Below are positions 9,947-21,026 of a DNA stretch of 64,000 bases, one piece after another. Below the pieces are notes generated by a model that made no database searches, was not told where the DNA came from, and worked only from the letters and a program-made list of their open reading frames with translations. Every line of letters begins with the position of its first letter. Within the stretch, counting starts at the first letter, position 1. Where the stretch lies: assembly GCA_963822315.1 (NCBI GenBank), contig CAWGHB010000010.1, positions 88,377 through 152,376 on the forward strand, given 5' to 3'. The position numbers were made by a program, and so were the translations under genes. The DNA is from an uncultured Acidimicrobiia bacterium (GTDB lineage: Bacteria > Actinomycetota > Acidimicrobiia > Acidimicrobiales > Ilumatobacteraceae).

Positions 9947-11539
9947 TCAGCGGCGCATGGCCGCCGACCTGGCCCGGACGGCCTCGGGCGAGCCGGTGAA
10001 CAGCATGACGCCGTCCTCGACCGGACCCTTCCGGAAGAGCTGCTTGTCCCGCGCGTAGCGCTGCGGGTTGATCCACGGCTCGTGGTCGCCCTGCTTGGGC
10101 AGCATCGGCATCATGCGTTGCATGTAGCCGGACGAGAACCCGTCGATCCACGGTCGCGGCGCCATGTCGCGATCGACCGCCCGCAGGCGCGGGGTGCACT
10201 GCACCGTGCCGGTCGCCGCGAGGTGGTTGAGCAGCCGGCACACGTACGTGCTGACCAGATCGGCGCGGAGCGTCCACGAGGCGTTGATGTACCCGAACGT
10301 CGACACGAGGTTCGGGACGTCGGAGTAGGCGAAGCCCTTGTAGGTCCACGTCTCGGAGAAGTCGACCGGCTCGCCGTCGACGACGACGTCGATCTCGCCG
10401 AGCAGGACGAGCTGCAGCCCGGTGGCGGTCACGATGACGTCGGCCTCGAGCTGGCCACCCGACCGCAGGGCGATGCCGGTCGGCGTGACCGTCTCGATCT
10501 CGTCGGTGACCACGGCGGCCCGTCCCGACCGCAGCGCCCGGTACAGGTCCCCGTTGGGCAGCAGGCAGAGGCGCTGGTCCCACGGGGCGTAACGGGGCGC
10601 GAAGTGCGTGTCGACGTCGTAATCCGGGCCGAGGGCCTTGCGCACGTAGCCGATCAGCGCCGACCGCACCTTCTCCGGTTGCGTGCGGGTCCGTCCGTAG
10701 AAGAACTGTTGCATCGCGATGTTCTTGCGGCGGGTGATGGCGTACGCCGCGCGCTCGGGCAGCACCCGTCGCAGCCGGTTCGCCACCTTGTCGACGTCGG
10801 GGCGGGCGACGACATACGTCGGGGAGCGCTGCAGCATCGTGACGTGGGCGGCCGTGCCGGCCAGCGCCGGCACCAGGGTCATCGCCGTGGCCCCCGACCC
10901 GATGACGACGACCCGCTGGCCGGCGACGTCGAGGTCGTCGGGCCACTCCTGCGGGTGCACGACCCGACCGTGGAAGCGATCGAGACCCGGGATCTCGGCG
11001 CGGTACCCGCCGCGGTAGCTGTAGTAGCCGGCGCACACGGAGAGGAACGAGCACGTCATCGGCGACGTGGTGCCGTCGGCCCGGGCGACGGTCAGCGTCC
11101 AGCGCGCCGTCACGCTCGACCACTCGGCCCGCTCGACGCGGTGCCCGAACCGGATCACCGGCTCGAGACCGAGCTCGGCGACCGTCTCCCGCAGGTAGGC
11201 GAGGATCGACGGCCCGTCGGCGATGGCCCGCTCCCCCGTCCACGGCCGGAATCTGAAGCCGAGGGTGTGCATGTCGCTGTCGGACCGCACGCCCGGGTAG
11301 CGGAACAGATCCCACGTGCCGCCGATGTCGTCGCGCCCCTCGAGCATGACGAACGTCCGGTCCGGGCACATGGTGCGCAGGTGGTACGCCGCCGAGATCC
11401 CCGAGATGCCGGCGCCCACGATCACCACGTCATGATGCGAGTCCTCGGGCGGGGTGTCGGGACGCGAGTCCTCGAGCGCGGTGTCCCCGTGCTGCGACGG
11501 CTGCTCGGACCCGTCCGGTGCGGACCCCTCACGCCCCAT
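9947..11539 (-). CDS. flavin-containing (Baeyer-Villiger-type) monooxygenase
   Basis: 530-aa ORF. VVIVGAGISGISAAYHL, FHGRVVHPQEWPDD (FxGxxxHxxxW-like), VVVIGSGATAMT second dinucleotide fold. Confidence 0.8.
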   Translation of the reverse strand: MGREGSAPDGSEQPSQHGDTALEDSRPDTPPEDSHHDVVIVGAGISGISAAYHLRTMCPDRTFVMLEGRDDIGGTWDLFRYPGVRSDSDMHTLGFRFRPWTGERAIADGPSILAYLRETVAELGLEPVIRFGHRVERAEWSSVTARWTLTVARADGTTSPMTCSFLSVCAGYYSYRGGYRAEIPGLDRFHGRVVHPQEWPDDLDVAGQRVVVIGSGATAMTLVPALAGTAAHVTMLQRSPTYVVARPDVDKVANRLRRVLPERAAYAITRRKNIAMQQFFYGRTRTQPEKVRSALIGYVRKALGPDYDVDTHFAPRYAPWDQRLCLLPNGDLYRALRSGRAAVVTDEIETVTPTGIALRSGGQLEADVIVTATGLQLVLLGEIDVVVDGEPVDFSETWTYKGFAYSDVPNLVSTFGYINASWTLRADLVSTYVCRLLNHLAATGTVQCTPRLRAVDRDMAPRPWIDGFSSGYMQRMMPMLPKQGDHEPWINPQRYARDKQLFRKGPVEDGVMLFTGSPEAVRARSAAMRR

Positions 11540-11760
11540 GGGGGGCGACGCTAGTCAGGCACACCTCGAAGCGGTCGCCGCCGCCAGGCGCCGCCGCCGG
11601 GCGCCGCGCCGACCGAGACCGACCCACCCATCGCGGACACGAGCTGCTCGACGATGGCTGGCGATGCCCGGGCCGTCGTCGACGGCACCACGACCTGCTC
11701 GTCCACCGCTGCATCCCATGAGGTCTGCGCCGGCGGAGGGCGTCCCGTAGGTTCGACGGG

Positions 11761-13113
11761 GTGACGAGCGCCGCCGATGCCGACGACCTGGCCGGACCGA
11801 CCACCGAACTGCTCCAGGCGTTGATCCGCAACGGCTGCGTCAACGATGGCCGCCCGGAGTCCGGCGACGAGGTGCGCAACGCCGACGTCCTGCAGGCCTA
11901 CCTCGAAGGCGCCGGACTGGACGTGGCGCGCTACGAGAGCCGTCCCGGACGTACGTCGATCGTCGCCCGCATCGAGGGCACCGACCCGACGGCACCGACG
12001 CTGTGCCTGATGGGCCATACCGACGTGGTCCCGGTCAACCCCGGTGGCTGGTCGAACGATCCGTTCGGCGGTGAACTGATCGACGGCGAGGTGTGGGGCC
12101 GCGGCGCCGTCGACATGCTCAACGTGACCGCGGCGATGGCCGTGGCCGTGCGCCGCCTGGCCGTCAGCGGCTTCCGGCCCCGTGGCACGCTCGTGTACTT
12201 CGGCGTCGCCGACGAGGAGGCCGGCGGCCGCTGGGGCGCCGAGTACGTGCTCGACCGACATTGGGACGCCGTCGGCGCCGACTACGTGTTGACCGAGCTC
12301 GGCGGCTGGTCGCACGTCGCGGCCGACGGCCACCGCCGCGTCACCGTGAACGTCGCCGAGAAGGGCCTGTCGTGGCGGCGGCTCACCGTCCGCGGCACGC
12401 CGGGCCACGGCTCGCTGCCGTACCGCGCCGACAACGCGCTGATCACGGCCGCCGAGGTGGTCCGGCGTCTCGTCGAGTACCGGCCCGGCGCCCGGCTCGG
12501 CGAGCTCTGGCAGGCCCAGCTGGCCTCGCTCGACCTCTCCGAGGAGACCCGGCGGCTGCTCGCCGACCCGGAGACGATCGACGACGCCATCGCCGGACTC
12601 CCGACCGCCACCGCCCGCCTGGCCCACGCGTGCTCGCACACGACGATCTCGCCCAACGTCATCCACGGTGGCCAGAAGACGAACACGATCCCCGACGTGA
12701 TCGAGCTCGACGTCGACGTCCGCATGGTCCCCGGCGACACCCGGGAGGTCGTCGACGGCTACTACGCGGAGATCCTCGGCGACCTCGCCGACCGCGTGGA
12801 CATCAGCTCGCTGCAGGAGGCGGAGTCGACGCGCTCCGCCGTCGGCAACCCGCTGTGGGACACGCTGGCCCGACACACCCAGGTCGCCTACCCGGGCGCC
12901 GAGATCGTGCCCGGGATCGTCACCGCCGGGACCGACGCCCGGTTCTACCGCGCCCGCGGCGCGGTCGCCTACGGCGCCGGGCTGTTCTCACCGCGCGTGA
13001 CGCTGGCCGACTTCACGACCCGGTTCCACGGCAACGACGAGCGCGTCGACGTGGAATCGCTGGGACTCTCGGCCGAGCTCTTCCACGGCGTGGCCCGTGA
13101 CGTGCTCGGGTGA
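11761..13113 (+). CDS. M20 family metallopeptidase (ArgE/DapE-like)
   Basis: 450-aa ORF. LMGHTDVVPV, FGVADEEAGG, NVIHGGQKTNTIPD. Confidence 0.8.
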   Translation: MTSAADADDLAGPTTELLQALIRNGCVNDGRPESGDEVRNADVLQAYLEGAGLDVARYESRPGRTSIVARIEGTDPTAPTLCLMGHTDVVPVNPGGWSNDPFGGELIDGEVWGRGAVDMLNVTAAMAVAVRRLAVSGFRPRGTLVYFGVADEEAGGRWGAEYVLDRHWDAVGADYVLTELGGWSHVAADGHRRVTVNVAEKGLSWRRLTVRGTPGHGSLPYRADNALITAAEVVRRLVEYRPGARLGELWQAQLASLDLSEETRRLLADPETIDDAIAGLPTATARLAHACSHTTISPNVIHGGQKTNTIPDVIELDVDVRMVPGDTREVVDGYYAEILGDLADRVDISSLQEAESTRSAVGNPLWDTLARHTQVAYPGAEIVPGIVTAGTDARFYRARGAVAYGAGLFSPRVTLADFTTRFHGNDERVDVESLGLSAELFHGVARDVLG

Positions 13114-13181
13114 GGTTGCCGTCACACGCCGTTCACATCCGCCGAACACCGCCGAAACCGTCCGTTCCTACGGTTCGCGCC

Positions 13182-13472
13182 ATGATCTACCCGCCGTATG
13201 CCGCGCCGTTCCCCGACACCAGGACGGCTGACATCACGCTCGGCAACCAGCAGCGAGCCGTGCTCACGCTGCTGGCCCAGAAGCCCGGCCACACGTTCAC
13301 CTCCGAGGAGCTGGCGGCCAAGCTGAACCTGCCGATGATGACGCCGCGTCGGGCCGAGGTCCTGGTCACCGGCATCAACGACGTGCTCGGCAAGGAGACG
13401 ATCCTCGAGGTGCCGCGGCGCGGCTGGAAGCTCTCGCCGTACCTCGACCAACCGATCACGATCAGCTTCTGA
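13182..13472 (+). CDS. stand-alone OmpR/PhoB-type winged-helix domain protein (no receiver domain)
   Basis: ORF 13110..13472. ITLGNQQRAVLTLLAQKPGHTFTSEELAAKL....RRAEVLVTGINDVLGKETILEVPRRGWKL resembles a Trans_reg_C domain. Start uncertain. Confidence 0.45.
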   Translation: MIYPPYAAPFPDTRTADITLGNQQRAVLTLLAQKPGHTFTSEELAAKLNLPMMTPRRAEVLVTGINDVLGKETILEVPRRGWKLSPYLDQPITISF

Positions 13473-13494
13473 CCGACGGGGCACACTCGGCGGC

Positions 13495-14602
13495 GTGACC
13501 GCCGACGTCCTGACCCGACGAGAGCTCAACCGGTCGACGCTGGCCCGCCAGCTGCTGCTCGAGCGCCGCCCACGCCGCGCCGCTCGACGTCGTCGCCCGA
13601 CTCGTCGGGATGCAGGCGCAGGTCCCCCACAACCCGTACCTCGGCCTGTGGTCGCGGGTCGCCGGCTTCGATCCCGGCGAGCTGTCGACGCTGCTCACCG
13701 AACGGGCGGTCGTGCGGATCGTCGTGATGCGGGGCACGGTGCACCTCGTGACGGCCGACGACGCCCTCGTGCTGCGACCGCTCAGCCAACCCGTCCTCGA
13801 CGGCGAGATGCGGCGGCACTCGCAGTACGCCGCCACGCTCGCAGCGATCGACGTGGACGAGGTCGTCGACTTCGCCCGGCCGCTCCTGGACGAGCGGCCG
13901 CGGGGCGCCCGCGAGCTCCGTCGGCTGCTGGCGGCGAGGTTCGAGGGCATCGACCCCGGGGCGCTCGTCCTGGCCTGCCGCAACCGCCTCGCGCTCGTGC
14001 AGGTGCCACCGCGCGGGCTGTGGCGGCGCAGCGGTGAGGTCACGACGGCGACGATCGAATCCTGGCTCGGACGGCCGGTCGACCCCGCGCCCTCGATCGA
14101 CGAAGTCATGCTGCGGTACCTCGACGCCTACGGACCGGCCCAGCCGGCCGACATGGCGGCCTGGTCACGGCTGACGGGGTTGCGGGACGTCGTCGAGCGG
14201 GTGCGGCCCCGGTTGCGGACGTTCCGCGACGACCGGGGACGCGAGCTCCTCGATGTCGCTGACGGCATCCTGGTCGACGGCGACGCCCCGGCGGCCCCCC
14301 GCTTCCTACCGGAGTACGACAACGCCCTGCTCGCCCACGCCGACCGGAGCCGCTTCCAGCGCGAGGACGCGCCGCTGCTCGCGACCCAGGAGCCCGTGCA
14401 CGGCACCGTGCTCGAGGACGGCCAGGTCTGCGCAACGTGGGCCCTCGGTCGTGTCGATGGCACGTCGACGATGACCGTCCGCCACCTCCCGGTCCCGAAG
14501 CGTCGCCTCGCCGCCGTGGTCGCCGAGGGCGACCGCGCGCTGCGCTTCATCGAGCCCGACGCCACCACCCACCGCGTCGTCCTCGTGCCCGCCGCCGGCT
14601 GA
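13495..14602 (+). pseudogene. YcaQ/AlkZ-like winged-helix DNA glycosylase (DUF1006 family), one frameshift
   Basis: The N-terminus VTADVLTRRELNRSTLARQLLLERR lies in the frame of ORF 13495. It continues as AHAAPLDVVARLVGMQAQVPHNPYLGLWSRV...VRIVVMRGTVHLVTADD in the frame of ORF 13610. The frame change is +1 at about 13565-13575. Confidence 0.65.
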
Positions 14603-15248
14603 CCCGGGCCGCCTCGAACACGTGGAGGTCGTCGGCGAAGCCCGGCCAGTGCGGCAGTTCGACCGACGCGACCTCGTGCCAGCGGGCATCGATGTCGCAC
14701 ACGCAGGGTGCTGATTCGACGCCGTACGTGCAGTGGTTGCAGCCGTCGAGGAGCCCGAGGCGGGCGTGCAGCGCGTCATCGCCGGTGCCGCCGCCCGGTG
14801 GTTCACCGACGTAGACGACGTGGCGGCCGCCGGCGGCGCGGTAGCGGTCGACGGCGTCGAGGGGCCAGGCCTCGTCGATCGGTGGCCACACGAGCAGGAG
14901 CGCCCGGTCGGGGTGCTCGGCGGCGACCGTGTGATCGCCGCGGACGACCGGGTACCAGGGGCGGACGTGGGCGAACCACTTGCTGGCCGGCGACGGCGCC
15001 GGCTCGATGTCGACGGCGAGGACGTCGATCCCCTGCTGGTCGGCGACGTACGCCCAGTAGCCGGTGCCGGCGCCGAGCTCGACGACGCCGTGGCGGGCGA
15101 CGCGCCGGATCGCGTCGAGCGCCGCGGCCGTCGGGACGGCGAACGCGTGACGCCGGACCGCCTCCATCCGCGTCGCCGCGGACGACGGCTCGGCCTGCGC
15201 GTCGAGCAGCACGTCGTGGAGGGGGTTGTGGAACGGCAACGTGGGCAT
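14547..15248 (-). CDS. class I SAM-dependent methyltransferase-like protein
   Basis: ORF 14547..15449, start at MPTLPFHNP. VVELGAGTGYWAYVA..DVLAVDIEP. The 3' end overlaps the convergent gene by 56 nt. Confidence 0.55.
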   Translation of the reverse strand: MPTLPFHNPLHDVLLDAQAEPSSAATRMEAVRRHAFAVPTAAALDAIRRVARHGVVELGAGTGYWAYVADQQGIDVLAVDIEPAPSPASKWFAHVRPWYPVVRGDHTVAAEHPDRALLLVWPPIDEAWPLDAVDRYRAAGGRHVVYVGEPPGGGTGDDALHARLGLLDGCNHCTYGVESAPCVCDIDARWHEVASVELPHWPGFADDLHVFEAARVSRRRARGRRGGWWRRAR

Positions 15249-15328
15249 CGGTGCGGCCAGTCTCGCGAGCGACGCGACGGCCGCGAAACGGGTGGCCCGC
15301 AGCGACCGCCGGCGGGCAGACTGCGACC

Positions 15329-15817
15329 GTGGTCCAGGTCGTCCCCGCCCGACTCGACTGGCTCGAGGCGCTCGCCGAAGGTGACGATGAGTTCGCGGCG
15401 CGCTTCGGCATCCCGGTCGAACCCGACTGGATCGGGTTCCCCGAGGCACTCCCCTTCGCCGTCGACGGCGCCCGGCGCCGGTCCGAGGACCCGTTCGGCA
15501 CGCACCTCTTCTTCGACGACCTCGACGGTGCGCTCGTCGGCTTCGGCGGGTTCAAGGGCGAGCCACGGGACGGGGAGGTCGAGATCGGGTACACGGTGGC
15601 GCCGTCCCGGCAGGGCCGCGGCATCGCCACCGCCGTCGTCGCTGAGCTCGTCGCACGGGCCGGCGCGGCCGGTGTCACGACAGTCAGCGCCCACACGGCC
15701 GGGGAGGACAACGCGTCAACCGCCGTCCTGCGCAAGAGCGGTTTCACACGGACCGCCGAGCTGCCCGACGAGGACCTCGGTGTGGTCTGGCGCTGGCAGC
15801 GCCCGACCGCCGGTTGA
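15329..15817 (+). CDS. GNAT family N-acetyltransferase
   Basis: C-terminal part of ORF 14708..15817 from GTG (VVQVVPARLDW). VEIGYTVAPSRQGRGIATAVV..VLRKSGF. Confidence 0.7.
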   Translation: MVQVVPARLDWLEALAEGDDEFAARFGIPVEPDWIGFPEALPFAVDGARRRSEDPFGTHLFFDDLDGALVGFGGFKGEPRDGEVEIGYTVAPSRQGRGIATAVVAELVARAGAAGVTTVSAHTAGEDNASTAVLRKSGFTRTAELPDEDLGVVWRWQRPTAG

Positions 15818-15828
15818 GATCGTCTTGG

Positions 15829-16308
<480 letters not shown>

Positions 16309-16405
16309 CTAGATTGCGTGCAGGTGACCAAGACCTCACGATCGGGGACGGGTCGAGTGGACGAGCCGGGCTCGTGGGGCCCGCCTCATCCGGTAGAAAC
16401 GGGCG

Positions 16406-17717
16406 GTGGCGGACGCGACCCGGCAGGACGGACGGGATCGGCCCGGCGTCACGCTGCGGCCGCTCGTCGACTTCCTGCACACCGAGGCCGCCGGTGGCGT
16501 CGTCCTGCTCGTCGCCGCCGTCGTCGCGATGGTGTGGGCCAACTCGCCGTGGAAGGACTCCTACGCCGAGCTGTGGCACACCCGCCTGGTCGATCGACCT
16601 CGGCGGCCACGTCCTCGACCTCGACCTGCGGGAGTGGGTCAACGACGGCCTGATGGCGATCTTCTTCTTCGTCGTCGGGCTCGAGATCAAGCGCGAGCTC
16701 GTCGACGGCGAGCTGCGCGACCCGCGCCGGGCCGCGCTCCCGGCGATCGCCGCGCTCGGCGGCATGATCGTGCCGGCGCTGATCTACGTCGCGTTCAACG
16801 CCGGCGGGGACGGGCTCGCGGCTGGGGCATCCCGATGGCGACCGACATCGCGTTCGCGGTCGGCGTGCTCGCCTGCTCGGGGCCCGGGCGTCCCCTCGCT
16901 GCAAGCTCTTCCTGCTCGCGCTGGCCATCGTCGACGACATCGGCGCGATCGTGGTGATCGCCGTCTTCTACTCCGACGACTTCGACCCGCCGGCGTTCGC
17001 GGCGTCGATCGTGCATCGTGCTCGTGATCGCCGTGCGTCAAGCGCCTCGACGTGCAGCAGGTCGTGGGTGTACGTCCTGCTCGGCGTCGGCTTGTGGTTG
17101 GCCGTCCACGAGTCGGGCATCCACGCGACCCTGGCCGGCGTCGTCCTCGGGCTGATGACACCGGCCCGACCGCGTCGCCAGAGCACGCTCGTCGACGCCG
17201 ACGAGATCGGCGAGCGACCTCGCGCAGCAGGTGGCCGACGGGTGGACGGTCGAGGCGGCGCAGGCGACCGTGGCTCCGACGCCCGCGATTCGGTGTCGGT
17301 CGTCGAGTGGCTGGAGCACCGCCTGCACCCGTGGTCCAGCTTCGCCATCGTGCCCCTGTTCGCGCTGGCCAACGCCGGCGTGCCCATCACCGCCGACGCC
17401 CTGTCGGCGGCGGCGTCCTCGCGGATCACCTCGGCGTGCTGGGCGGGCTCGTCGTCGGCAAGCTCGTCGGAGTCACCGCCTTCACGTGGCTGGCGACGCG
17501 CCTGCGGATCGCCGACCTGCCGCCGGGTGCGACGTGGGGCGGCCTGATCGGCGTCGCCGCGCTGGCCGGCATCGGGTTCACGGTGTCGCTGTTCGTCACC
17601 GGCCTGGCCTTCGACAGCGTGGTCCTACAGGACGACGCCAAGATCGCCATCGTCGCCGCGTCGACGACGGCCGCCGCGCTCGGATCTCTGCTCCTGCTGC
17701 GCCGCCGGGCAAGCTGA
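16406..17717 (+). pseudogene. nhaA: Na+/H+ antiporter NhaA, heavily frame-disrupted
   Basis: NhaA blocks are spread over all three frames: [30 protein letters not shown]; [29 protein letters not shown]; [17 protein letters not shown]; [19 protein letters not shown]; SGIHATLAGVVLG; LEHRLHPW..FALANAGV; LVVGKLVGV...GIGFTVSLFV. Frame changes near 16590, 16812, 16880, 17010-17060 (several), 17215, 17285 and 17425. Confidence 0.8.
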
Positions 17718-17722
17718 CGGCC

Positions 17723-18472
17723 GTGACCTACTGCCTCGCCCTCCGCCTCGACGCCGGACTCCTCTTCCTGGCCGACACCCGAACGAACGCCGGCGTCGAC
17801 AACGTCGGCACGTACCGCAAGTTGCACGTGATCCAGCCGGCACCCGACCGCGTCTTCGTGCTCGAATCGGCGGGCAGCCTGGCGACCACCCACGAGGTGC
17901 TCGCCCGGATCGACCGCGACCTCCAGTCCCCCGACGCGGCAGGAGAGCCTGACCACGGTCAACCACCTCTTCGAGGCTGCGCTGTACGTCGGGCGGCTCA
18001 GCCGGGAGGTCGCCGCCGAGCACCGCATGGCGCTCGAGCGCGGTCGGCGCCGATGGCACGGCGACGTTCATCCTGGGCGGCCAGATCGCCGGCGACCGCC
18101 CCGACATCCTGCTCATCTACCCCGAGGGCAACTACATCCGCACGTCCGACACGATCCCGTTCCTGCAGATCGGCGAGAGCAAGTACGGCAAGTACTTGCT
18201 GGAGCTGGCGGTGCGAGCGCACGTCGACGTCGAGACGGCGGGCAAGATCGCCCTCGGCTCGATGCTCAGCACCGGCGCGGGCCAACCTGTCCGTCGGGCC
18301 CCCCTACGACATCGGGATCTACCGCAACGGCTCGCTCGAAGTGCACGAGATGCGCATCGAGGCCGACAACCCCTACCTCGCCGAGCTCGACCGGGTCTGG
18401 TCCGACCAGCTGATGGACGCCGTGCACCAGCTCCCGCCGATCCCACCCGACGTGCGCCTCCAGTTCTCCTGA
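17723..18472 (+). pseudogene. proteasome-type (Ntn-hydrolase, COG3484-like) protease, three frameshifts
   Basis: VTYCLALRLDAGLLFLADTRTNAGVDNVGTYRKLHV.. is in one frame. SLTTVNHLFEAALYVGRLSREVAAEHRMALERG, TFILGGQIAGDRPDILLIYPEGNYIRTSDTIPFLQIGESKYGKYLLE and ANLSVGPPYDIGIYRNGSLEV follow in successive frames. Shifts near 17940, 18045 and 18280. Confidence 0.65.
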
Positions 18473-18495
18473 CGCTCACCGAAGGGGCCCTGGGC

Positions 18496-19104
18496 TCAGA
18501 GCCAGCCGCGCTGGTCGGCCAGGTGGCCGGCCTCGACCCGGTTGCGGGCACCGGTCTTGGCGATCGCCGACGACAGGTAGTTGCGCACGGTGCCCTCGGA
18601 CAGGTGCACGCACGACGCGATGTCGGCGACCGTCGCGCCGTCGCGGGCCACGACGAGCACGTCGCGTTCGCGTGGCGTGAGCGGCGACGGCCCGCCGGCG
18701 AGGGTCGCGGCGGCGAGCGCAGGGTCCACGACCCGCTCCCCGGCGCTCACCCGCCGCACGGCGTCGGCGAGCTGCTCAACCGGCGCGTCCTTGACGACGA
18801 AGCCCAGCGCACCGGCCTCCATCGCCCGCCGCAGGTACCCCGGCCGCCCGAACGTCGTCAGGATGATCACCCGGCACGACGGCTGGGTCGCAGTCAGCTC
18901 GGCGGCGGCGGTGAGACCGTCGATGCCGGGCATCTCGATGTCGAGCAGCGCGACGTCCGGCGAGTGGTCGATGACGGCCGCCACGACCTCGTCGCCCCGC
19001 CCGACCTCGGCGACGACCTCGAAGTCGGGCTCCAACGACAGCAGCGCGGCCAGCGCCGAGCGGATCAGCGCCTGATCGTCGGCGACGAGCAACCGCAGCG
19101 TCAC
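18496..19104 (-). CDS. NarL/LuxR-family response regulator
   Basis: VTLRLLVADDQALIRSAL..DVALLDIEMPGIDG..LTPRERDVLVVARDGATVADIASCVHLSEGTVRNYLSSAI. The GTG start overlaps the kinase stop as GTGA. Confidence 0.85.
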   Translation of the reverse strand: MTLRLLVADDQALIRSALAALLSLEPDFEVVAEVGRGDEVVAAVIDHSPDVALLDIEMPGIDGLTAAAELTATQPSCRVIILTTFGRPGYLRRAMEAGALGFVVKDAPVEQLADAVRRVSAGERVVDPALAAATLAGGPSPLTPRERDVLVVARDGATVADIASCVHLSEGTVRNYLSSAIAKTGARNRVEAGHLADQRGWL

Positions 19105-20251
19105 GACGGCGTCCGGGCGTCCACACGCAACCGCCAGCCCGGCGGGCACGGGCCGTAGGTCACGGTGCCCCCGAGCGGCCGCGACGCGCTCGCCGAGTCC
19201 GGCCAGCCCGCTGCCGGGCGGGGCCGGGGCGCTCGCCGCAGCGGCCGCCCCGTCGTCGACGACCTCGATCCAGTCGCGGCCCATCGACACCGTGCACGTC
19301 GTGGCCCGGGCATGACGGACGACGTTGGTCACGCCCTCGCGCACGACCCATGCGAACAGCGACTGGCAGTCGGCGTGCACGTGGTCGATCGATCCTGGGA
19401 ACGAGGTGGCGATCCCAGCCGCTCGCAACACCTCCTGCGACGTCGCGAGCTCGCCCCGCAGCGTCACGTCGCGGTAGCCGGAGACGGCGGCGCGGACCTC
19501 GCGCAGGGACCGCCGGGCCAGCTCCTCGACCTCGCCGATCTCGATGGCGGCGCGGTCCGGATCCCGAGGGGCCAGGCGGCGGGCCAGGCCGGCCTTGATG
19601 GTGATCGTCGTGAGCGAGTGCCCGAGGAGGTCGTGGAGGTCGCGGGCGATGCGGTTGCGCTCCCCTTCCGCGGCAAGTCGGGCGACCTCGACGCGCGCGG
19701 CCGACAGCTCGCCGTTGGCCCGCACGAGGCCGAAGAACCCGAACATCGCCAACGAGATCAGGACGACGGTGACCCCGCCGTCCACGTCGACGCCCGCATC
19801 CCACGACGGGACGAGCGCGGGGAGGAGCATCACGACGGCAGCCAGCGCGACCACGGGCCCGACCCGCGCGTCCCGACGCGGCGACCACCAGGACGGCCAG
19901 GTACACGCACATCACGAGCGCGTCCTCGTGGGCGAACGGCAGCTCGAGGACGACCAACACGGCGAGGAGCCCGTACAACCGCCAGAACAGCGCGTCGCGA
20001 CCACTCTGGCGGATCTCCATGGCCAGCAGGTAGTCGGCGCAGAACGCGACGAGGACGGTGCCACCGGCGACCAGCCGCCACCCGGACGAGTGCTGACCGA
20101 CCCCGTGCGCGGTCTGGGCGAGGTACAGCAGGAAGACGCCGGGGAAGATGAACTGCCGCCACCCCCGGGCCCACCGCCGTTGGTCCTGATCGTCCCAGGT
20201 CGGAGCGGATGCCCCGGCGACGGCCACCTCGGCGTGCATCATGCAGTCCAA
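19101..20251 (-). pseudogene. HisKA_3-type sensor histidine kinase, two frameshifts
   Basis: The TM-rich N-terminus (ORF 19160..20251 frame) joins NRIARDLHDLLGHSLTTI...GSGLAGLGERVAA (ORF 18496..19854 frame) near 19870. The C-terminal GGTVTYGPCPPGWRLRVDARTPS* lies in a third frame from about 19145. Confidence 0.75.
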
Positions 20252-20269
20252 CCTACGGCCGGACCGGCG

Positions 20270-21026
20270 TCAGGCGCGGTCGGTGTCGCGCCGGAACGCG
20301 CGGGCCGCGACCACGACCAGGACGGTGGTCCACACGGCGAGCGTGATCCACGCCGCGGACCGGCCACGGATCGCCGCCGTACGCCGTCTTGCCCGCCTGG
20401 ACCAGCCAGTACGACGGCAGGCACTGCACGACTTGGAACATCACGCCGCTCTGAGCCGTCGGACCCCACGCCCCGCCGAGCAAGGCGAACAGCGCCGTGA
20501 TCCCACCCAGCGCCGGTCCCATCGAGTCGACGGTCAGGACGTGCCCGAGCACGATGCCCAGCGCGGCGAACGGGACGAGGCCGACGAGGACCAGGATCGT
20601 CATCTCCAGCCAGCGCGCCGCGCCGAGCCGGACGCCCAGCGCGGTCCCGGCGGTGTACAGGACCACGATGCTCAGCGCGGCCATGACGTAGCCGGACAGG
20701 ATCTTCGTCAGCATGTAGGTCCGGGTCGGCAGCGGGCTGATCCGCAGCTGGCGGGTCCAGCCGAGCGCCCGCTCGGCGGCGATGCGGGCACCGCCGGCGA
20801 TGACGGCGGTCATCGACCCCCACGCCACCATGCCGGCCATGTAGTACGTGGCGAACGGGATCCCGTCGAGTTGCTCATCTCGGTTCGGGCCGGCGACGAC
20901 GAGGAACAGGATCAGGGGGAAGACGAGAGAGAACACGAAGAACCGGCGGTTGCGGAACGTCCGCAGGATCTCGTAGCGGGTGTACACGGTGGTTCGGGCA
21001 CCGCCGACAGGTGTGGCTCGGCTCAT
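20270..21026 (-). pseudogene. ABC-2 type transporter permease, C-terminal frameshift
   Basis: MSRATPVGGARTTVYTRYEILRTFRNRRFF..multi-TM. After ..GDPWPVRG (about 20340) the plausible end WITLAVWTTVLVVVAARAFRRDTDRA* is in another frame, with its stop at 20270. Confidence 0.6.

Noticed and set aside
14547-14602. 56-nt convergent overlap between the glycosylase-like gene and the methyltransferase-like gene as a possible antisense regulatory arrangement.
   Set aside because: The methyltransferase tail in the overlap (..RVSRRRARGRRGGWWRRAR) looks like stop-codon-poor read-through rather than conserved protein. This is most likely an annotation-level overlap with no special function.
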